Shown piece by piece: positions 58,015 through 64,000 of a DNA stretch of 64,000 nt. How positions within the stretch are numbered: the stretch's first letter is position 1; every line of letters begins with the position of its first letter. The stretch is from Aigarchaeota archaeon. GTDB taxonomy: Archaea > Thermoproteota > Nitrososphaeria_A > Caldarchaeales > Wolframiiraptoraceae. The notes below the pieces were generated by a model. It saw only the letters and a program-made list of their open reading frames with translations. It had not been told where the DNA came from and ran no database searches. The translations under genes were made by a program, and so were the position numbers. The stretch is from NCBI GenBank assembly GCA_025059205.1, contig JANXDS010000001.1, forward strand, positions 76,014-140,013, in the 5' to 3' direction.

Positions 58015-60822
58015 ATGCGAGCCGCATACTATCCAAACAGGAAAATACCGTCAAGAAAGTGGGCAATTAGAATAATAGTTCTAATAATAGTCTTATTGAT
58101 GTTTTTCATAGTCGGTAACCAGATCGTTAATTTATTTCTAAATTTTATGGAATTCGGCGAACTCTTCATAAGACCATTTTACTACGCGTTAGTTGGCGGT
58201 TTAGTGCTTTCAGCAATAGCCTTCTTTAGGATCGATTTTAAGAATAGGCGCTCGCTTGTTTTTTGGTTCTTCAAACTGATCGTAAATGTTATTAGAAGCC
58301 CTGGTGTAATTCATCTAGATTTAATAGATTTTTCAAACTTTAGGATGAGTGTACGTAATTTTGTGATATGGCAGATAACAAAAACGATAGTAGGAACTGT
58401 GTTTTTCACAAACACGCTCTTTGGTATGTCAGTGCTGGCGATGCTGAATGGATGGGACCCAAAGCTGGGCGAGCTTTGGAGGATATTCCCATTACCGTTC
58501 ATCACACCTCCCGTTAATGAAGCGTTCGCTCAAAGCATGGTTATACCAGCACTTCCGGCGTTGTTGCTTATCGTGCCTCCAGTACTCAATGCATTAGGGG
58601 TTAGACTCGTCGTTCTGGTAGGTATCACACAGTTCGTCAAGAGCATTAGTACATCAGTCGTAAAGTATCTGGAAGAGGGAAGAGTCGTTATACCCGTTGC
58701 CACAATAGAGGCTTTAATAGCAATTGGTCTCTTCTGGACCGCTTTCAATTCGTTCTTCACAACATATATTGATTATAATACGAAAGTAACTCTCATAGCA
58801 ACAATAATCGTTGCGACACTGTTTGCGATTTATGCGTACTTCGACTCTCGTAAGTTGGGCAGGTTAAGAAACATTTACGTGAGAGTCGGGGCCATAGTGC
58901 TTGTCGCTTTGTCAGCAGGTTCTATAATCGCCATACAAAACAGTATAGCTGATGCGAGAAAGGTAGAGTGGCTAGGTCCCTACGTCGTCCAGGAGATATC
59001 AGTGAACCGTTATTTGGCAGAGCTTGACGAGATTAAAGAATTGTCCTACAATTTTTCTATAAAGAAGATACGTCAAGAGACAATACCTCTATATGTTGAA
59101 AGAAACAAAAACATGTTATCAAAAATTAGGTTGTGGGATTGGGATGCTGCATTCACAAAGCTCAAACCGGAGATAGGTCTTATACCCTACGTTGATTTTG
59201 AAGATTCTGACATAATAAGGTTCAATGGTACGCTTTATTGGAGCGCATCGATGAAGCCGATACTGCCAGCGTTCGTGAGACCTGAAGACCGTTGGTTTAA
59301 CGAGCACATGGTTTACACACACGTACCAAACGGCTTCCTTTTGTTGAATGCACACGATGGAATTATTGAAGATTCTAGCAAATTCTTCAAGCAGCGTAGA
59401 GTCTATTATGGAGAAGGTGGCTTACTTTCAACTACGTGGTCAGCTTATGTGGTTGGTGAGGATAAGAGTAAAGAAGTTGGTGGACATTTCTATTCAGGAA
59501 AAGGTGGCGTGGATGCTCAGCCACCATTGAGCTGGTTGTTCGATATAACGTTCATGCTATCGTATCCTGACAAGACCGTTCACATAATGAGGTACAAGGA
59601 CGTATACGAAAGGATGAGGCTCCTATTTCCTTATTTCTCGTATGATTGGGGCGACTCGTCGATCGATATGTTCCCAGTAACTGACGGTGAAAAGACATAC
59701 TGGTTGATGCCGCTTATCTTCAAGGTGCCTGCCGAGAATGTGCCGTGGAGTAGGGGCGAGTTCTTTATGCGCTTCGTTGGTTACTCATTAATAGATATAT
59801 ATGATGGAACAATACAGCTCATAGTAATAGGTGATGATTTCTTCAGCGAGCTATTCAAGAATCTTTATGCCGAATATATTAACACAGAAATGCCTGCTTG
59901 GTTGTATAAACAAACCAGATATCCCGTTGAGTTGTTTGAATGGAGGATTGGTATATATAACAAGTACCATGTCAGGGATCCTGCTACATTTATAGGTGCG
60001 AGGGAATTCTTTGAAATTCCTGAAGGACTTGAAACGTACTTTATATACGCACAACCACCCGGTTTTGAAGAGATCGAATTTGTTGGTATGCTTTCTTTGC
60101 AGCTTAAAGGCGCTTTGGGGAAGAATCTTGCAGGCTACGCCGTGGTAAGAAACGACTACCCCCATCTTGGCGAGGTAATAGTATACAAGGTTCCCCTAGA
60201 GTCTACAGTTAAGCTTCTAGGTCCGACGGCGGCAATCGAAGCGTTAAGAAGGGACCCCGTCTTTAAGCAGATGGAGACATTACTCAGAAACCCGAGGATA
60301 GGCGACAACATATTATACCAAATCGGCGATTACCCAGTTTACTTTATCCCAGTGTACACAGCACCAGCAGAGGGCGTCATAACGACGATCGGTACCGTAG
60401 CTGTAGTGGGGGCTGCCTTTACTGGCGAATACTATGTCGGCCTTGGATCTACGCCCGAAAATGCTTTCAGAGCATTCCTGTCAAAGTTGGCAGGATTGGA
60501 AACACCACCTCCTGAGGTCACGGAGGGAGAACAAAAGATTTCTGACATTAAGGAGTTTGTTTCAACATTATTTGAGCGCGCAAACGTCACCGTGGTTAGG
60601 CCCGAAAAGATAAATGCCCACCTGGTTTTCCTTGAGGGTAAAGTAAGCGTAAAGTCGGCCGAAGATTACCGAAAAGTGGAAGAACTCGTTCAGGCATTTA
60701 TAAAAAGGTGGACGGAAAAGAGGGTGCTAGAATGGGTAGAGGATAATGTTATTAAATACGGCGTTATTTTAGTAGAAAGTGGGATAGTGGAGTTGCATTA
60801 CATATCTATCGTTTTAGAGTAG
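58015..60822 (+). CDS. very large multi-pass membrane protein with extracytoplasmic domain (UPF0182/COG1615-like suspected)
   Basis: 935 aa with about 7 N-terminal TM helices followed by a large soluble region. The family call rests on size and architecture only. Confidence 0.4.
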   Translation: MRAAYYPNRKIPSRKWAIRIIVLIIVLLMFFIVGNQIVNLFLNFMEFGELFIRPFYYALVGGLVLSAIAFFRIDFKNRRSLVFWFFKLIVNVIRSPGVIHLDLIDFSNFRMSVRNFVIWQITKTIVGTVFFTNTLFGMSVLAMLNGWDPKLGELWRIFPLPFITPPVNEAFAQSMVIPALPALLLIVPPVLNALGVRLVVLVGITQFVKSISTSVVKYLEEGRVVIPVATIEALIAIGLFWTAFNSFFTTYIDYNTKVTLIATIIVATLFAIYAYFDSRKLGRLRNIYVRVGAIVLVALSAGSIIAIQNSIADARKVEWLGPYVVQEISVNRYLAELDEIKELSYNFSIKKIRQETIPLYVERNKNMLSKIRLWDWDAAFTKLKPEIGLIPYVDFEDSDIIRFNGTLYWSASMKPILPAFVRPEDRWFNEHMVYTHVPNGFLLLNAHDGIIEDSSKFFKQRRVYYGEGGLLSTTWSAYVVGEDKSKEVGGHFYSGKGGVDAQPPLSWLFDITFMLSYPDKTVHIMRYKDVYERMRLLFPYFSYDWGDSSIDMFPVTDGEKTYWLMPLIFKVPAENVPWSRGEFFMRFVGYSLIDIYDGTIQLIVIGDDFFSELFKNLYAEYINTEMPAWLYKQTRYPVELFEWRIGIYNKYHVRDPATFIGAREFFEIPEGLETYFIYAQPPGFEEIEFVGMLSLQLKGALGKNLAGYAVVRNDYPHLGEVIVYKVPLESTVKLLGPTAAIEALRRDPVFKQMETLLRNPRIGDNILYQIGDYPVYFIPVYTAPAEGVITTIGTVAVVGAAFTGEYYVGLGSTPENAFRAFLSKLAGLETPPPEVTEGEQKISDIKEFVSTLFERANVTVVRPEKINAHLVFLEGKVSVKSAEDYRKVEELVQAFIKRWTEKRVLEWVEDNVIKYGVILVESGIVELHYISIVLE

Positions 60823-60834
60823 TTGGTGTAAAGT

Positions 60835-61257
60835 ATGCAAACCAGCAAGAACCGTAGAGTTCAAGAGTTTAGACCCTTGACGATAGTGCTTCTGACAGCA
60901 CTTATGATAGTGGTTATTGTACTTGCTCTCAGAATGCATAAAGGGTTTGTGGGAATAATATTAGCATCTATCACGGCGTTTATCTTATTTTACTGGGTAA
61001 AAGAAATTCATAAAATGCTCAAGAAATCAGGGTTGAAAGATTTCATGTACGAGGTCCTAGACGAAGGAAATTACGTAAGCATAATTGCACAGGTTCCAGG
61101 TTCTGAAGATGACGTAAAAGTGTTGACTTTGGGCAAGCGCGTAATTATAAAAGGTGGCGGTGGTTTTAGAAAGACTCTAGTTTTGCCTCATAAAGTGGAG
61201 CTGATACATAAATCATATAAAAATGGAGTTTTAACAATAAGAATGCAAAAATTATAG
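60835..61257 (+). CDS. membrane-anchored alpha-crystallin/Hsp20-like small protein
   Basis: Two N-terminal TM helices, then an ACD-like C-terminus (NYVSIIAQVPGSEDDVKV...HKSYKNGVLTIRM). Confidence 0.35.
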   Translation: MQTSKNRRVQEFRPLTIVLLTALMIVVIVLALRMHKGFVGIILASITAFILFYWVKEIHKMLKKSGLKDFMYEVLDEGNYVSIIAQVPGSEDDVKVLTLGKRVIIKGGGGFRKTLVLPHKVELIHKSYKNGVLTIRMQKL

Positions 61258-61274
61258 ATCTTTAAAACGTTTTA

Positions 61275-62900
61275 CTAACTTTCGCTCTTCTTCTCTTCTT
61301 CACTCTTCTTCTCGGTGAACTTCTTCCTTGAAGCGGCGACGACGTCATCAATACGTAATATCATGGCAGCTGCTTCCAAAGATGACTTTAGTGCGTTCTC
61401 TTTGACCCTTAGTGGTTCTAGGACACCTAGCTTTAACATGTCGTCAACCTTACCAGCGAATAGGTTAATTCCATAGTTCTTACCGTTGTTCTCATGGGCA
61501 TGTCTTAAAGATGCCATTATCTCGACAGGCTCGAGACCCGCGTTCTCTGCGAGCGTCCTCGGTATGACTTCTACAGCATCGGCAAAGGCAAGGAATGCCA
61601 GCTGCTCTTTACCGGTCAGCTTGCCCATCTCTTTTCGTATAGCCTTGGCTATCTCTATTTCCGCAGCACCACCGCCCGGTACTATCTTATTGTTCTCTAC
61701 AAGGTTGATGACGTTCATGATGGCATCGTTTAGAGCCCTCTCAGCCTCATCCATTTGTCTCTCCAGACCAGCACGAATCACTATAGAAACCGCACCAGGA
61801 TTCTCGCATCTTTCAACAAATACTAGCCTGTCCTCGCCTATCTTCCTCTCCTCTACAAGTCCAGCCCTTCCTAAGTCTTTCTCGGTAAGGCTTTCGATAT
61901 TTGTGACGATCCTTCCTCCCGTAGCTTTCGCCAACTTTTCCATGTCAGACCTTTTAACGCGTCTTACGGCTAGTATGCCGGCTTTTGCTAAGAAGAACTG
62001 AGCAGCGTCATCTATGCCTTTCTGGCATACTACGACGTTCGCACCAACAGAAACTATCTTGTCAACCATCTCTTTGAGTATGTTAGTCTCTTCGTCTAAG
62101 AATGCCTTTATCTTGGACGGATCTCTAATCCTGATTTCGGCGCTGAACTCCGTCTTCTCTATCTCCAGCGGTGTATCAAGCAGCGCTATCTTAGCATTCT
62201 CGACCCTCTTCGGCATCGCAGGGTGAACAACCTCTTTATCTATTACGATGCCTCTCACGAGCTCAGACTCCATAAGACTCTTGCCGACTTTCTTTACGAT
62301 CTGTATATCGTCCTTGTCAGCTACTAGCTTGCCATCTCTCTCTTTTACGACCGAGAGAACGGACTCTATCGCCAGGTCAGCTATATGGTCTAGCGCGTAC
62401 CCTAACGATTTGCTGCTAAGTGCGGTCTTTACGACGTTCTTGATCGTGTTCTTGTCTTTTAGATCTACGGTCAATGTTATTTCTTGAAGAGCCTTGTAAG
62501 CAACGTCCACGGCTTTCCTGTAGCCGCTGATTATAGTACTTGGATGGATTTTCTGCTCCATGAGCTCCTCAGCCTTCTTCAGAAGCTCACCAGCCAAGAT
62601 AACCGCAGTAGTCGTACCGTCACCAACCGTTTCATCTTGCGCCTTTGCAACCTCCACTATCATTTTAGCGGCAGGGTGCTCGACGTCTATCTTCTTAAGG
62701 ATAGTTGCGCCATCATTCGTGACAACTACGTCGCCTAAGCTGTCCACCAACATCTTATCCATTCCTTTTGGTCCGAGCGTGCTCTTGACCATTTCCGCGA
62801 TTATCTTGGCTGCCAATATGTTATTGTGCTGGGCTGGTCTACCCCTTGTCCTTTGAGTCCCTTCCTTTAATATTAAGATAGGTTGTCTTGTCATAGACAT
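61275..62900 (-). CDS. ths: thermosome (group II chaperonin) subunit
   Basis: 541 aa with [26 protein letters not shown], a GDGTTT ATP motif and a C-terminal lysine-rich tail. Confidence 0.9.
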   Translation of the reverse strand: MSMTRQPILILKEGTQRTRGRPAQHNNILAAKIIAEMVKSTLGPKGMDKMLVDSLGDVVVTNDGATILKKIDVEHPAAKMIVEVAKAQDETVGDGTTTAVILAGELLKKAEELMEQKIHPSTIISGYRKAVDVAYKALQEITLTVDLKDKNTIKNVVKTALSSKSLGYALDHIADLAIESVLSVVKERDGKLVADKDDIQIVKKVGKSLMESELVRGIVIDKEVVHPAMPKRVENAKIALLDTPLEIEKTEFSAEIRIRDPSKIKAFLDEETNILKEMVDKIVSVGANVVVCQKGIDDAAQFFLAKAGILAVRRVKRSDMEKLAKATGGRIVTNIESLTEKDLGRAGLVEERKIGEDRLVFVERCENPGAVSIVIRAGLERQMDEAERALNDAIMNVINLVENNKIVPGGGAAEIEIAKAIRKEMGKLTGKEQLAFLAFADAVEVIPRTLAENAGLEPVEIMASLRHAHENNGKNYGINLFAGKVDDMLKLGVLEPLRVKENALKSSLEAAAMILRIDDVVAASRKKFTEKKSEEEKKSES

Positions 62901-63054
62901 GTAAGATCACCTCTCAACAGTTTCCGAGGAATTTACCGGAGTAAGCAAAATATTAAGGTTTAGTCGCGATTGCGGCATATTCGGGCGATTCCACGTTTTT
63001 AACTTTTTAATGACGAAATGCTTAATTTATGGATGCCTATAAGACTATTCTGCC

Positions 63055-63132
63055 GCTCCGGTAGTATAGTCCGGTTAAGTATACGGGCCTCTCGAGCCCG
63101 GGACCCGGGTTCAAATCCCGGCCGGAGCACCA
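63055..63132 (+). tRNA. tRNA-Glu(CUC) with encoded CCA
   Basis: Acceptor GCTCCGG/CCGGAGC, anticodon stem CGGGC/GCCCG with loop CUCUCGA, T-arm CCGGG-TTCAAAT-CCCGG, discriminator A and CCA. The D-arm is weak (G.U pairs) but Glu-typical. Confidence 0.72.
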
Positions 63133-63255
63133 GTACTTCATTCCGCTCGTCGCAAGTTTCAAGCCCATACTGGAATGGCTACAGAAACATCCAAGAAAAG
63201 GCGACGTCAACGCCCCATTATGGGCATCTATTTCAAACAACTCGAAGAATGGTAG

Positions 63256-63537
63256 GGTAAGTTACTATTACCTGGGAAGAGCATTAAAAAACTGGCGGAA
63301 AAGGCTGGCGTTGAAAAGGATGTTTGGCCATACATTTTCCGCCACACAACACTTACAAAACTTGCTAAGGTGCTTACGGAGTCGAGACTTGAACACTTCG
63401 CCGGTTGAGTTCAGGGATCCTGCATGGCAAGGCGGTATGTTCATTTTTCGACGAGAGAGATTGAGGACGCAATGCTGGAGCTGCATGGAATAAAAAGAAG
63501 GACGAAGCAGAAGGTATATTAAAAGCTTCTGGTGCAA
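63256..63537 (+). pseudogene. C-terminal fragment of a tyrosine recombinase/integrase, interrupted by an in-frame TGA at 63406, immediately 3' of tRNA-Glu
   Basis: The translation KSIKKLAEKAGVEKDVWPYIFRHTTLTKLAKVLTESRLEHFAG*VQGSCMARRYVHFSTREIEDAM carries the integrase box II elements RH...(H/W)...RY(V)H with the catalytic Tyr. It has no N-terminal domains and one internal stop. Confidence 0.55.
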
Positions 63538-63632
63538 TATACTTGCTAGAACTTTATGTTATGTGTTATAAACCAAAAGTAAAATTATTCAGGGTTAAAA
63601 ATTATTCGAAATGGGCCGGAAGTTTTGTCAAA

Positions 63633-64000
63633 TGAAAGGAAAAACATTAATTCTAATTCCTTGTTGTGGTTCAAAAAATCCTGGAGGATTTACGATATAT
63701 AATGGAAAACGTTGCATTGCTAACTATTTGAGCGTGAATGTAGGGAAAAGGTTGATGGAGTTAAGGAGGCATGTCGCTATCGCTTTTGGAGAAAGATTAG
63801 GGCCTGATGTAGGAGTTGAAGTATTGGGGACTCAGATAAGTTACATGAAAGCCTATGAGAGATATTGTGGGAACCTCTACAGTAAAATATCGAAAAGCTC
63901 ATGGGAAAAGCTTAACGACTCTCAAAATTTAAGTTTAGTTATTGTTTCCGCATTTTATGGAATACTTAGACATGACGAGCTTATTAGAAACTATAATAGA
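63633..64000 (+). CDS. partial ORF (runs off the window end) in AT-rich, compositionally foreign DNA; function unknown
   Basis: An open frame from ATG at 63633 to the window edge (MKGKTLILIPCCGSKNPGG...). GC looks far lower than the surrounding DNA. Confidence 0.3.

Noticed and set aside
63018-63260. 80-aa plus ORF and 67-aa minus ORF overlapping tRNA-Glu
   Set aside because: The region folds convincingly as a tRNA with encoded CCA. The ORFs are spurious.
63268-63537. 89-aa minus-strand ORF
   Set aside because: The plus strand of the same interval translates to a recognisable integrase C-terminal fragment. The minus ORF has no features and is taken as chance.

Overview
Dense, mostly chromosomal archaeal DNA of roughly 45-50% GC by eye. 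The taxonomic signals are a TBP gene, the complete exosome superoperon (psmA-sdo1-rrp4-rrp41-rrp42-rpl37ae-pcc1-pfdB), a thermosome gene and a tRNA with apparently two introns. Together they point to a Thermoproteota-like archaeon.

Content in order:
1. A canonical lipoate operon lipA-lpd-lipB (lipA truncated at the window start), followed by tbp.
2. Divergent leuB and leuA-ilvB-ilvN-ilvC, with a 32-bp tandem duplication and a perfect 14-bp-arm palindrome in the shared control region.
3. An ECF transporter (ecfT, ecfA, ecfA'), a DHH phosphoesterase and the exosome/proteasome superoperon.
4. Housekeeping genes, then a small island abutting an intron-containing tRNA-Gln. It carries a compact HK97-like head-only cassette (RHH, major capsid protein, DUF2190-like decoration protein, wHTH, portal-like, prohead-protease-like) with no terminase, tail or integrase genes. 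A DNA methyltransferase plus an unknown partner ORF sit nearby.
5. Metabolic genes: acyl-CoA dehydrogenase, endonuclease III, a CDGSH protein, an ABC transporter, nadC and a Tes-like radical SAM protein.
6. A large [NiFe]-hydrogenase locus. The apparent operon hypB-hypA-hypC-hypD continues without a strand change or real gap into two radical SAM genes, a lipoate-protein ligase with a Cys-rich C-terminal extension, and a geranylgeranyl-reductase-like flavoprotein, before hypE. These four genes match the alternative lipoate-assembly set sLpl/LipS1/LipS2/LipT. Two AbrB-PhoU-like regulators flank two stand-alone GcvH-like lipoyl-carrier genes, one of which seems to lack the lipoyl-lysine. Next come hycI-mvhA-mvhG-mvhD-hdrA-hdrB-hdrC as one minus-strand operon, then hypF.
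7. trmB, a huge membrane protein, a membrane-anchored sHsp-like ORF, the thermosome, tRNA-Glu(CUC), a stop-interrupted tyrosine-integrase C-terminal fragment, and AT-rich foreign DNA running off the window end.

The strongest candidate for an undescribed system is the physical fusion of an Mvh-Hdr hydrogenase/heterodisulfide-reductase locus with LbpA-like lipoyl carriers and a dedicated lipoate-assembly module. This suggests a lipoyl-protein disulfide as the Hdr substrate in a non-methanogen. The terminase-less capsid cassette next to tRNA-Gln is the second.
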